From: Raillietiella orientalis | Lineage: Eukaryota | DNA length: 64,000 bases | Direction of reading: 5' to 3' | NCBI GenBank assembly: GCA_036172245.1 | Contig: JAYWIR010000024.1 | Coordinates: forward strand, 868,001-932,000 | In this document: in pieces, positions 25,300 to 37,749 of the stretch | Position numbering within the stretch: the stretch's first letter is position 1 | Layout: every line of letters starts with the position of its first letter | Made by a program: the position numbers and the translations under genes | Notes under the pieces: model-generated | What the model was told of the DNA's origin: nothing | The model's database searches: none | The model's input: the letters and a program-made list of their open reading frames with translations, nothing else

Positions 25300-26660
25300 A
25301 TCAGTCTGCTGCTATTTTGAATCCTTCCTGGTTTCTTTTGGGGGATTCTCTTTCTCAGAGGCACCTATAGGGTGCTTCCCAATTCAGGCTCACTGCCTCC
25401 TTCCCCTTCGTTTGAAGTTCAGGAGAGGGACCATCGGTCTGTACGGTCCTTCCACCGGGTGGATCTGACCTCGTTTAAGGTGCGACCTTCATAAGCAAAG
25501 CATTTTTATCCATTCGTTCTGTTCCGCCATGGAGTAACCTCGCGTGCCTCGGTCTCCATTGAACGATCGGTTTCCATCTTTCGAAACCTCCGCTCCCTGG
25601 TAGAAATCGCAAGGTCAGCTCTCCACTTCAATACGAATCCTATTGCTGTATCATCTCTTTCCGAGGTCGTGCCGTCGAGCTCTGTGAGGTTCTGCCCGGG
25701 GCACTTGTTGACAGTCTTCTCTAAGGTCTCTCCTGTGCTTCTCCTAAGCGATTGCCTGGCAGGTAGTCCAGGGTTTGAGCTTTCTCACTCTTCTTCAGGC
25801 TTCATTCCAAGAGAAGAATGAATTGACAATAATCTCTCATAATGGCAGCTCTGATTTCCGAGAAAAACCTCTTGGTTGAGGGTGGTTCCTTTGCGGCGGT
25901 AACGTTTCGCAATCGATCTCAAGAGCAGTTTCGAAACCCATGAACGCATCGCTAATTGGTTGCCAGAGATTACCGTAAACGCAGAAGGCGCTGCAGAGAA
26001 GGAATCGCTTTCTTTCTTCTGCAGAATCAGAACACGCAACCTGGAATGGCTATGCACTCTAAAAATTATGCCGATTACTTGCCCGCTGTACTTTCGTGCC
26101 AGCGTGGGTCGATGTGTGCGAATCGGGTTGGAAGTGCCGTGCTCGCTCTGGATAGCTCTTCTCACCATCTTCGACAGAAACCTTCCTCAGATGATGACCG
26201 TTCTGTTCGCCAACACGTCCGCCACATTGGAGCTTACTGAATAATACTGTGAAGGGACGAGAGACTGGCATTGACGTATTATTACATTTAAATTAGTCCT
26301 CAGGAAGGGAAAGCAAGCTATGCTCATGTTGATGAATCATAAAAGTACGGGACATTAAATATGCTTATGATACATTTCATAGTGAGAGCCAGAAACAGGA
26401 TGCCGTCGCTGACTGGCCGGGATCTGACGTGGACCTTCCGAGTTCCTCCCAGGAATCGAGGAGTCGGTTCCCTTCGGAATTCCCCTCCGGTTGTGAACAT
26501 GGAGCCGTCCTCCCCCTCGGAAAGGAGATGAGGGATCCCCCATCGTCTACCATGGAGCTGATGGATACCTCTCCAGAATGCAAGTGCCGCTGCTTCCTTC
26601 GGGGAGCGCCCTTCAGAGAAATTTGGAAGCATCTCTCCGGGATTCTCTTCAGAGGTGCTG
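25300..26660 (-). mobile_element. Gypsy-like LTR retrotransposon integrase remnants
   Basis: Minus readings AAALAFWRGI...RRWGIPHLLSEGEDGSMFTTGGEFR (cf. rve core G.P..I.SD.G..FTS.EF) near 26.5 kb and KGKEAVSLNWEAPYR (GPY/F module) near 25.38 kb. Confidence 0.5.
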
Positions 26661-27098
26661 ACACATCTTGTTATGGGACAAACATATTGTGCTCGTACAA
26701 TTCACGCCACTGTTGATATCCACTTAACACTAATGTAGCATCCCATAATATGCAAGACGTAAAACAATGTAGCTTCTTGTATGAGGCACTGTATTTAAGT
26801 CGGACGAATCAATTACAGTTAACGAATTTAGAAATCATGCAGTGAGTAGATGAGTTTTCCCTATGAAAACATGAAGGACGAGCCAGAATTAGCAAAAAGC
26901 TCACTCCAGGGGCTCCTTGCACTCGAGCTTGCCTGTCTCGACTCGAGAAGATCCTGCCTCCGCGTACCATTACGGGTAAAGTGCTTCCACCTTGTATGCC
27001 CGATCGTCAGAAAATAGGAGGACGAATGGCGGAGGACCCAAAGTCAGCCAGCTTCATCCGAAAGGTTTCATTTATTTCTGAGAACTAAATGTGATGTA

Positions 27099-28013
27099 CG
27101 AGGCGCATTTCAAAGGTAACTGCCGACCGGATATAAAGAAAGAACGAACAAGAGAGGAAAAAATGCATTGGCGGCTCTAAACACGTGCATCCCCGTGTCA
27201 TTTTTCTACGTAGTCACCATTTTTCCCCCAGCACTTTAGAAACCGTGGAACAAGATTTTTGAAATTCTCTGCATAAAATTACGTCGCCTGGGAGTCCAGC
27301 CAGTTCAGCGCTGCGGTTTTTAACTCCTCCTCACTTTCCTCGAATCATTGAACCACTTCTCGTGGTGCAGGAAGACGTCTTAGTCACTGGGCGCGAGGTC
27401 AGGACTGGAAGATGGGTGATCAAAAAGTTTCCATTTGAATTTCTGAATGGTCTGGAATGTGCGGGCAGCGCGTGTTGCCAAGGCGCTCGTTGTCGTGAAG
27501 GAGGAGAACAATTTCTGATCTCAGCATTCCACATCTTCAGTCCTGAATGACACGCCGCAGTGTGGAAAGTGTTTCACGGTAGACTTGCGAAGTGGTGGTC
27601 GTTCCAGGCTCCATAAAATCCACCAAAAGCACACCCTTTTGGTCCCGCACATTGCCGCCCACACATCCCAGACAATACAGAAATTCAAATGCGACCTTTC
27701 AATGCTGCCTGACCTCGCGCCCAGTGACTACCACGTCTTCCTTCCTGCACCTCAAGAGGTGGCTCAACGATCCGAGTAAAGTGAGGCGTTGAAAGCTGCA
27801 GTGCTCAACTGGCTGAAGTCCGAGGCGGCGGAATTTGTTGCAGAGGGTTTCAAAAAGCTTGTTCCACGGTATCTAAAGTGCTTGGGGAAAAATGGTGACT
27901 ACGTAGAAAAATGACACGGGGATGCACGTGTTTAGAGCCACCAATGCATTTTTGCCTCTCTTGTTCGTTCTTTCTTTCTATCCGATCGGTCTTTACTTTT
28001 GAAATGATCCCCG
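27099..28013. mobile_element. Non-autonomous mariner derivative made of two 3' ends in inverted orientation, flanked by TA
   Basis: TA at 27097-98 and 28014-15. Termini are CGAGGCGCATTTCAAAGGTAA and rc CGGGGATCATTTCAAAAGTAA. The minus arm encodes WDQKGVLLVDF...LLHDN...KFKWELFDHPSSSPDLAPSD. The plus arm encodes PDLAPSDYHVF..HLKRWL...FKKLVPRYLKCLGKNGDYVEK*. Confidence 0.93.
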
Positions 28014-28739
28014 TACCTACATTATGAATGCGCCTGCGCAAGTTCGTCTGCGCAGATTTAAAAAGCGATCGTCAGGCACTCGATAATAGGCACTCAGCAA
28101 TGGACCGGAACCTATCCGGTTTCCAGAAATGCCATCAGGAGGTCAAGTGACAGCTTGCCAGCTGTCAAGTGTCCAGAGGGACAACAGCGAAACACTTGCC
28201 TCCTTGAAGGATGTTTTTTGCAAGTGAGGATTCCGGGTATCCTCTTTGCTTGACGTCAGTAAAGGGTAATTCTGATGGCGCAGTATCGAATCGCATTCTA
28301 GGAATGGAGAAGATCATGAGGAAGGGCTACAGCATTCACAGAGAAGTGCCCGGACGTGAAATCAGACTTCTGGCTTGCATAAATGCCAGTGCTTAACAAC
28401 GAGCAGTAAAGGGCGGCAGAGTCATCGGTAAGTTCTTCAGTGAAAAGAGTAAGCACCAGAAGCAACAACACCTTTAGGATTCGAGGAGCCTAAGAATCCG
28501 GTTCTGAGGATGCACTACAGTGAAAGCTTTGAAAAGAGCACATCAGAAACGTGCATGTCAGCTTGTTGCTCCCGTTAATTTGTTCTGCATATCCACCTTC
28601 CGCTCTCTGCAGCACACTTTGGGAGAACTCCCTCTTGGCCTCATCTAGAGTCTTATAATTTTCTCCTGGAATTGAAAAAAAAAAAAAATCCATCTTGTTA
28701 AGTGGATGCTTACACTCTGAGGAGTCCTCCAGCACCAAG

Positions 28740-29140
28740 GCAGGTGTCTACGTGAAACGGACGGCAACTCTGTGAGGAGCTTCGCGCAAACAGCCGCAGT
28801 TCACGCCTTTCGAACGATGAGCCTCCTATGGCTGGTCCGGCCCTACTGAAAGAACGCTCCCAGGATACCCGGCTTGCAAGGGAGATCGTTCCGGGAACGG
28901 CAGTGGACCAGGTTTTGCTAGTCAGGTGGTGTTTTGGTGCAGTTTGCTGAGTTCCGACCAGGAAATTCTGAAAGCAGAATGTGGAGGCTAAGTCGAAAGC
29001 TGAAGTTCGTCAAGCGAGGAATTCCTGCAGGATTTCGGATCCGACGTTTGGCGCCCCTAAGGTACTTTGGGATTTTGTTTGGAAAAGGAGGCCTTCGCCA
29101 TGGCATTCATTTGGGATGGACTCGCTCTGATCAGGAGTGA
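28740..29140 (+). mobile_element. LINE RT fragment
   Basis: APLRYFGILF resembles the RT domain 7 (K/R)YLG motif; upstream motifs are weak. Confidence 0.35.
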
Positions 29141-30379
29141 GTAAATGCTGGAGTACATAACAAAGCGAGGAAGAATACTTTGTCGAGTAAGGGAAAGAAA
29201 TGCTTGATTTTTTTTTTTTTTAAAGCTTTGTCCAATTTTCTTTAAAAAAATTTGCTTTTTTTTTTTTTTTTTCAAAAAAAAAAAAACAGAAAACACAATC
29301 GCGGTTAGGCGGGAAAATCTCCTCTGAGCATCAGTGGAAGAGAATTAGGCGAAGGAGGCTACCATGACCAGAAGAGAGATGCTTTTTCGATTACTCCCTC
29401 GAAAGACAACAGGGGAAGTCCCGAACGGACGGTGCGCTCTTTTCGTCCAGCGGGGGATGCTGAACGAAGAGCATCCAGGAAACCGTTGCCACCGGCGTTT
29501 CCGCACCGTGACGCGGAACCAAACCACTCTCCTAATCTTCATTACTTGGGAGGACGACGGGGGCTGTTCGGATGCAGCACCTCAGAAGCGAACGGCGTCT
29601 TCCATCGCGAACGGAGGTCCTCCACGCACAAGAATCGAAAAAAAAAAGGATGCAAAAAAAAAAAAAAAAAAAGAGGAAAGGAAAAGAAAAGGGAGATAAA
29701 AATAAAAACCAGAGAAGGGGATAAATCACCTTAAGAATCAAGTAAATCGAATTACATGCTTCACGAGATCCGGAATTTAGAACCGCCTATCCGTGAGGGT
29801 GCTGTGGAATGACAGCAAATCTGATACCCTTCCAAAGGGTCGGTTAAACGAGGCCGAAAATGTAGCACCTGTGCTTCACCAGGACAAAGAGGTAAGGGGG
29901 ATCCCTCCTTAAAGACAGACAAGGCCGACCGGCATGATTGGCACCCAAAATAATCTACTACGAACCAGAGTGGATTCCTTTCTCCTCCTCCTCCTTCCTC
30001 CCTCCCTTCCAGATTGAACTTAAGGCTGCGGGATCGGCGCGACCCGTCGAACGCCATCGCCGAAGAGCAGCCCCCTACCTCCCCCCTTCTCCCTTGGTTG
30101 TTTTCTTTCCATCAGTCGGCTAAGAATCGGCAAGAAGTCTTCGTACACGGAAGCGGGTTCTTCATGGATTAATGCAAGAGAGAGAGAGAGAGACGTGGTC
30201 TCTACGAACGGGAAGCAGCAGGCAGCTACGCAGGCAGAGGAGAGGATCATTTCCGGTTGCATTCAACAACATCGGATCGAACACGATTCAGTCATCCAAG
30301 TGTATCGGATAGAAATTCCGTGTCGCTTTGAAGCGCTGCTCCGACCTCGTGTTCGTTTTCCCATGTCGTCTCACAGCGG

Positions 30380-30445
30380 AGTAGCTGCAGCGGAGATCGG
30401 AACGCGAGATCTCCAGGTGACGACGAGCGAGCTTCCTACGCAACA
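30380..30445 (-). mobile_element. Possible degenerate tRNA-derived SINE head
   Basis: Minus strand GTAGGAAGCTCGCTCGTCGTCACCTGGAGATCTCGCGTTCCGATCTCCGC resembles a tRNA anticodon/variable arm plus a degenerate B box. Confidence 0.3.
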
Positions 30446-30559
30446 GAATTTTTGATGAGCATCAAGGCGGTCAATTCATCCGTAGGTGGTGTCACCACGC
30501 GACCTCTCTCAATCCATTCGACTGATCAAAACAACCAATTATCGCGCCATTCTGCCGTG

Positions 30560-30940
30560 TTGCGGACATCCCATTTGTTTAATTTCGACCTCGGAGAACG
30601 GGGATCCGACAGTGTATTACTCATAAGGGAACCTTTACTAAGTATTATAAATAATGCTTCTGCTTGCGCTCCTCCCTATTATCCAATCAGAATCCTCGTT
30701 CTCCTCATTTCCTCAATAAATTAAAACCTTATTCCATTCGATCTTGGGTAATTACAACGAACTGAGACGATTCGCACGGATATTGAAGGCAAAAGTTGAG
30801 GACGGACATCCCTGATGTACATTCTCGGAAATTAAACTGAGCATCTGTACCACCGGGCCATTCCTGTCAAGATTAACCTCGTAGAAATTCGTCCCAACAG
30901 CCGTTCCGTACCGAACGAGATATGCAATTTGCACACCAGA
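30560..30940 (-). mobile_element. AT-rich LINE RT fragment
   Basis: NVHQGCPSSTFAFNI matches the RT motif GVRQGCPLSP.LFNI. Confidence 0.6.
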
Positions 30941-31059
30941 GACGGCTCCTAATCACTCCATCACAGAAACGTTTGGGGATCTTCGTGAGCGCTGGACCTT
31001 AAAAAAAAAATAAATGGATAAATAAATTACTTGCCTGATTTTCGTCTCAAATGAAGCGA

Positions 31060-31480
31060 CGGAAAAAAACCTAGCGGGAATAAGATGGGGAGAATTACGG
31101 CTGCAAATCATGATAGCTCGGTGGACGATCAACAAGACACAGATGATCGTTTGTGCAGAAGGTGGCGGAGTCCAGGGAGAAGTCTCCTTCTCCACAGAGG
31201 CGTCAACAAGTGGACTGCGATCAGGGAGAGGTATGGGGATCTGGTAGCACGGAGCTGGTGGCCTATTCGGGAAGGCATATAAAGCCGAAGATGGATCCGG
31301 CGCACCCCATTATAATTATTTTGGAAGTCCCCCTAATCCGGCGACTGCTCAGCAAGGGTGCTGGAAGAGTCAAGGCAGGAGGAGAGCAGCAAGTGCACGA
31401 GAGAGGTGTGTCCGGAAGTTCGATACTCCCAGAACACGGAAGTGGCGGGAGCGGAGGGGTCGCACTACCCGTAATGTGAG
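31060..31480 (-). mobile_element. LINE ORF1-like remnant
   Basis: Minus readings YNGVRRIHLRL...IGHQLR and a degenerate C..CGE knuckle, as in Tx1/L1 ORF1. Confidence 0.4.
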
Positions 31481-31939
31481 TACTCCTTCAGGGGGAACAC
31501 AGCCCCGTCACGGACGTGAATTGACGAGAACAGGCAGGCGGAGAAGGTGATGGAGGTTATCCTCCCTCTGTCTGTTCCTCCGCTTTTCAGCGTGGATGCA
31601 ATCATCAGGATGTGGTATCTTTTTTAAATCACTCTATCACTTTTAAATCAGTTTTCCCTCAGAAAAACTGGGGGCAAAGTGCAAAGCCCGTCAGGGGACG
31701 CACGCAGTGGCAAAGTGGATAAAGGATTTGCTCATCAAAGCTGCCAGGAGTAATAAGGATGCCCTATCAAAACAACAGTTTACGCTTGGCGGCCGTGGGA
31801 CTACGGTCTGCGCTCGCAGCGTTGCGTTCGAATCGTACTCGGGGGAGCAGCGACTCCGAGAAATGGGTGCGTCGTGGGTTTCGAGTCCCTCCTGGAAGGT
31901 GAGCCTGGTTGGCCTGTAGGCTTCGGGTGCGGCACTGGT

Positions 31940-32592
31940 TGACATCCGGTCACGCCGGAGCGCTTATTTATAAAATAAACATACATGTCTGTGGCAGGAC
32001 GTTTGATCCTGCGACGTTACTTAGGAATACGAGAAGGAACCCGCCGGCAACTGGCACGCAGGCCAGCGGGTTCACCTCGGCAGCACAAGGGAAGGGGAAA
32101 TAAACAAAAAGAAAAGAACAATAAAACAAAAAACATACAGTCCAAAAAATGAGAGGGGTTCGGGAAGGGATCACTGTGTGCTGGGGGCGCGGCAACTGGT
32201 TGACACACAAACAAAAAGAGAAAAACAAACCAAAAAAGATGCAGTCGAAAAAGATGAGGGGAGGGGGGAGGTTCGGGAAGGGATCACTGTGTGTTGGAGG
32301 GAGCCCGCTGCATCCTTGTAAGGATGCCGGCAAGTTCCTGTTTTATGGTTTTCAGATGGGGTCATCTTGACGCTTTCCTCTTGTAGAAGACAGCAAAATG
32401 GATGGCGTCCCTGTCGTTCTGGTCTCTGGCTTTGTTCCATGCGGCCACGATCCCGCGTAGGCAGCACAGTGCTGCTAGGGATGCGGCAGGCGAGAGGGCG
32501 TCGCTCAGGAAGAGGAGCTTTAAAACGTCTCTGGCTTTGCCGCCGGGGGTCCAAAGATCCGTGGCCAAGCGTCCCCAGAGGGTCTGGAGGGT
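31940..32592 (-). mobile_element. 5'-truncated antisense LINE 3' end with 9-bp TSD GGCACTGGT (31931-31939 / 32593-32601)
   Basis: Minus RDVLKLLFLSDALSPAASLAALCCLRGIVAA aligns with RDSLRSLFVRDAMTPAAATAALRCVSGVVAA (57.5 kb). The terminus is AATAAGCGCTCCGGCGTGACCGGATGTCA. The uninterrupted head is visible at 7984. Confidence 0.8.
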
Positions 32593-32629
32593 GGCACTGG
32601 TGGAAGCCGGAAACCGGATGCCCCCCATC

Positions 32630-33958
32630 AAGTAGCTTCCGGGATCGGAAGTGAGCCCTCCGAGGTCTTTCCAGCAGTCAAGGAGCTGGTTCTCTTCTCC
32701 CCTCCGGTTATGAAAATGGAGCCTCCTCTTCCCTTCCAAGTGAGAAGTACTCTCCATCCATTACCACGGAACTGGTTGATATCTTTCCAGAGTGTGAGAT
32801 GCGCGATGCTTCCTACGGGAAGCGACCCTTCAGAGAAAATTGGGAAGCGGCCCTTCGGGGGTCTCTTCAGAGAAGCAAACAAAAGACGATTCCTTTTTGC
32901 GCCCTCCCCTCCGGAGAACTTCCAGGTAAGGATCCATTCCGGGTTCCGTCGGAGAAGAAATGAGGAGTGACCTCCTCTGAGGTCCTTCCGGAGAGAATGA
33001 AAAAGAGGTTCCCTCCCGAGCGCAGGAGTCCGTTCTTCCTCCGGAGCCCTTCCTGGATTCATCAAGTGGTCCACTCCTGGGATGCTCTTTAACTGGAAGA
33101 GCCAACACGCACCCTCGGGTGACGTGGACACTGTTAAACATCTCCGCGAACTCTCCCTAAGGAGACCAACCGTTCTTCAGTACTCCTTGAGAACCAAAAA
33201 ATGGGACTGGAAGAAAAACAGAGAAACAGAAGAACCCCAAAAGGAGTTCCACCATCCTACGCCAATTGTCAAGATCTCCCCGTGAGACCGTTAAAAAAAA
33301 AAATAAAAGCAACAGTTTCTCAAGAAGTGCTTCAAAGCGGTTCCAGGGTGGTCGAGCGATTGCCATGGGTTTCGCAAGATGCTTTCGAGATGGTGGTCCT
33401 TAAATCGAGCACTCATAACTGGAAAGGAGGAGAGCGGAACCGTGGTGAATTTCGGAGCACCATACTGGCCGTCGCCTTCCCCTTTCGACGGCTTTCTGAC
33501 TGCTTGCGAAAAAGCCAGGCAACACAGGAAGAGCGCCATCTTCCAGTTGCCAGTTACCGACAGCTTGCTCTCCATTCCTTGTGCACACGAGTCTCGGCCT
33601 CGACACGGGCACTCGTCGTGAGACGATTCGGATCCTGGGATCCAAAAAACGATGCGGAGCTGTGAGAATTGAGAATCTGGAGGCGTAAAGCGAAACACAT
33701 CAGGAAGAAGTTGGTGTCTGCCAACATCTAGCTCTCTGCTCTCGTAGACTGAAGGAAGCTCTCGAGGACTACAGCCTCCATCGGTGGAGAAGGAAGATGA
33801 GAATTGTTTTTGCTACAAAGAGTGCGATGACTCCTGCTGTCAAACCAGTGGATGCACAACTAGTGAGGTGTTCCTATTCCTTTTTGAGCCGAGAAGACTC
33901 TTATGTCTCAAGAAGATCATGAAAGGGGAGATTCATGCCGCTATTGATGACTACCGCT
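32630..33958 (+). repeat. ~1.3 kb direct repeat, copy 1 (copy 2 at 59355-60679)
   Basis: ORF-track translations are essentially identical at offsets 26725/26721. The only indel I saw is an A11 vs A7 homopolymer. Confidence 0.97.
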
Positions 33959-34599
33959 ATGCCACTCCTGGAGAAGGGAATCAGAGACCCTCGTAGCAGC
34001 TGCAAGGAAGCCCAGAAAGAAAGGTGAAGATCGGGTTTCAATTTCTGAACCTGCACTAAAGGTACGATAAAGATTCATATGACCTACACCTGCACAATTT
34101 TTCGCCAATTTAAAGGCAGCAAGAGAAGACGATAGCCCCACTTACCAGAAAATCAGGGAGAGAACCTCTAGACACAGTGGAAACAACTAACTCAGCACAC
34201 ATAAGAATTTCTCAGGAGTAGGGTAAAAATCAAACTGGGATACGAATTTAGAATTATTTGCAACTTATGAAATCAAGAAGACATCACCAGTAGCTGAGGC
34301 TACCAAAGAATAGAGATTCTTATATCTTCTCCCTCATGCGTGACACTTTTCAAGGATTCCAAGTGATGGAATGTCCCCATTTTCTTGGGCTTCGTCATAC
34401 TGCCGTGACCTCAAAAACTGCAAACTTCAAGGATACTCGGAACCTGGTATTGTTGTTTCACTGCAACATCATCTTGAGGATGAGAGAACAGCATATCAAC
34501 AGACAAATGAGTCGTGAAGCCTTTCGTTGTTTTTCTGGTGCTCTTGAAACTTGAAACCCACTCCCTAAAAGTTCATATAAAGTTCATGTGTTGGAAAGC

Positions 34600-37400
34600 A
34601 CCATAGAAACGATGAACCCTGACACCATCCACTTCCAATCCGACTGTCACAGGATTTTTTTTTGTCTCTTCCTCAATGCCATTTCAGTGTGCTGAGGGTA
34701 CAAATGTTCAGAATACAAAGTCAGGTCGCAGCATTTTGGGAGTTCGTTGCGCCTATGGAAGTGCAAAACGAGATGAAGTTTTTCTAACATATCTCGTCCA
34801 TTAAGTTGCTGGGGTCATTGATTCTAGAAAACGCAGTTAACATTGAGGAGGACACTGTTTATCTATTTAGGAAAGAATAGAGGCGAGAACAGTAGGAACA
34901 GCTTCTCGTTCACATCTGTCTTTTACAAAAGAGGCCAACGGGGACTGTCGCTCATGACAGAGGATATTCTTCACTTTCTTTGCAATCTATATGACGTCTT
35001 CATCTCTTCCTGATCGGGCCGTGGTCCTTCAAAGAAGCTTTATCTTGCCAATGGCCCGCCTTATGCTTCCAGTGAGTGTCCTCGGGGCATCCCATGTTCG
35101 AGAAGATGCTCCCTTAGAGGAGAAATTAAGAGCCAATCTTTGTTCCTACAAGAGCGACTCACGATCCTTTAATGTCAAGCAGTGTTCGTTAGGATCATAT
35201 TTAGTCATTAGAACCTCCCTGGAACATCCAGATCTGCTCACAGCTTGGAATCTCTTGGAATCCCAGAATGGGTTGATTAGAAGCCATCCGCTTCTGGTTG
35301 GTGCAGAACGAACCTGCTTGTCCAAGGCACATCCTTCTTCCTTCAATTTCCATTCATTTTCCATTTCGTGTTTTTGTTTTGCTAGTGTTGGTCACGATCT
35401 AGCCGTCTCTCTGTTCGACGGATGCTGTCAAGAGTTACGGAAAACAAAACGCCACACATTGGCAAAGACGAATTCCATTCTTCAGGCAACCATTCCAGGA
35501 CCGTGAACCAACAGAGGGTCAAAATGCCCACGTGAGAACAGGGAAACCCTGACCGCTACCACGAGACTTATGAGGACATTTCTATGGGAGTCCAGTGAAA
35601 CATTCGTATCAGCGGGTATTCGATTTGATAAGCATTCCAGAAAATGCGATCTGCTTGGTCCCTCAGAGGGTTCTGTGGAGTCTGTGTAGATTCCGATGCT
35701 CATCGAAAGAATGCTCTCAGCTCCAGGGAGACCCAGGCTCCTGTATTCCCGCACGGCTCCACGAATTCCCAACCGTCCTCTCTAGTGCTTTCAAGAGAAG
35801 AAAGAGACCATCTCTTGTAGCGAGGCTATTAGAATTCACGAACCGTTTCCTGGGAAGCAAAACGCCAACGTTAGGGCGTAAAACGGAAAGGCGAAATCTA
35901 ATCTTCCTCTTCGCTTTTACACCTCAGATCTTATCCATTGAGGATAGCAGCGTGCCCTCTTCAATCAGTGAATCACTCCCGTGCTGTTGTTATAAACGAC
36001 ACTTAGCTAGGAGGTGACAACACCGCGCGGGGATGAATCATGGGCTGTACTTTATTCAGCAATCTGGAAGGGTGTGGATGCACATGTCCTCATGGGTAGG
36101 ATAATCCTGTCGAGGGCATCCCTGTGAGATGTTTGGGAGTGTAGGCTTATATGTGTCATGGCACCATGCTCAGGTGTATTATGCATACCCTTAAGAAACA
36201 TGAATAGAATGTGAAATGAACAAAAATTCATCTTTTTCCCCACCACGCTACAATTACAAGTAAATACCTGAGTATAATAGCATCTTGTAATATAATCAAT
36301 ACAAGCACACGATACAAGAAATCGTTTCAATAATCAGAGCTTTTATTGTGTTTCTAATCAAAGTTTCGATCCACGTTGCGTTGTGCACAGTGCAATGAAC
36401 ACCGACACAGTTGCCACCTAGTGTTTGAGAGGTTGCCAATCCTGAATTACTGGCTGACAGCCTTAAAAATGGGTCACTGGAAAGAAGTAACAGGACGCTA
36501 TCGGTCTGTGCCTGAATTAGGCTGTTGGTTTTCGGAGAAAGCCGCGGTCTGAACTGCAAAGCGTAGGGTCCCCCCATCCGCGCGAGGAACGGGGCGCCAA
36601 AATGGAGAACGGGAATTCCTGTTGATGAAGAAACCGCTTGAAGATGAGACAGACGGCGCCCCTACACAATTCCTTACGTTTTTCAGACTAGGACGGAAGG
36701 CTTCGAGATTGCTCCAGAGAGGAACTTCTCCCCGAGGATGGGGAGGGAAAGGCTGAGAGCCGAAGAGTTGCCGGTTGGTTTCCGAAGTTTCGCGAGCTCG
36801 GGACTGGAAGAAAAGGGAAAGGTGGAGAGACTTTTCAACGCTCTTCCTTGTGGTTCGACTCCACTGATCCTGGATTGCGGTCTCGGAGACGTCGGCCGCC
36901 AGAGAGAGAGCCACTGAGATTCCTGGTTCTGTGGGAACGGTGCGTGCCGAAGCCCCGAAACGACTTCGTGTCTGTCCGAAGGACTTCGAGTTTGCGAGCC
37001 ATTTCCTTGGGACGCACCACTGATTCCAGAGAACACAACTGGCACCCTTCAAGGTACTGTTCAGTGAAAATCTCAGCGTCCACAGAGACGGGGAAGGAGA
37101 AGGTATACTTGCCACTGGGTCTGTTTCCACCTCCACATTTCAAAAAGCGTCCTTTAAGTGCTGTTCATCGCTGGAGAAGCACAGAATGGTAATTTTTTTT
37201 TTTTTTTGGATGTTAAAGAGTGGGAATAGGACAGGCTCCAGTGCAAGGAGTTAGGAAGATTCCGGAAGTGGGACTCAGCTCCCTCCTCTACTCAGAACGC
37301 GTCTTTCGAAAGGATCTCCATTCCAAGATCTCTCTTCCAGTGGCATGGAGGGCTTGAGTGCTCCGCGTCAGGACGACAGTCTCAGCCTCCTGATGCTAGA
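34600..37400 (-). mobile_element. Decayed LINE ORF2 (endonuclease end through RT), interrupted by an AT-rich insert near 36.0-36.45 kb
   Basis: Ordered weak minus motifs: SGIFLT / FSSDEQH (APE end), GCALDKQV...WLLINPF (RT3), MGCP (QGCP) and RDEDVI (YADD position). Confidence 0.45.
35985..36282 (-). mobile_element. AT-rich, solo-LTR-like segment
   Basis: Imperfect inverted ends TGTTGTTATA...TATAATAGCA. The minus strand has a TATA-like motif (~36147) upstream of AATAAA (~36051-36056). No TSD was found. Confidence 0.3.
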
Positions 37401-37749
37401 GAGAATGGAGCTTCAGCTCCGGTTTCAAATGCTTACCCTTGTGACGAAGATATGGAGCACCACCTGGTGCGACCCTGCAAGGCCTCCTCGTAGAGCAAGC
37501 CACCGTCAGCATGTGACTTGAGTCCTTCCTTGCGCTCCGTCATTGTAACATCTCCCACTGCGGACTGCAGATTTGGAGGATGGCCACGTCCACCAAGAAG
37601 AACATCAGCTCGATCTCCTGCCACCCCGCGAACGGTAGTGCCTGGTTCCAGAAAACCGTTCGCACCTGGGAGAGAAACCAGGAGCGATGCCCGGAACAGG
37701 CACAACGTTTCCTGTACGGGTCCTAGGAACAGCTACCCGCTTCGAGAGA

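Larger units (their letters stand above)
31790..34300 (+). mobile_element. Element with B-box head and decayed ORF1-like body; head interrupted at 31940-32592
   Basis: Head blocks are shared with the 7810 and 59190 copies. A Cys-rich CFCYKECDDSCC segment lies near 33.8 kb. Confidence 0.55.

Noticed and set aside
29207..29671. Long A/T homopolymer clusters as terminators or retroposon tails
   Set aside because: No associated hairpin, TSD or element body was found; treated as low-complexity sequence.
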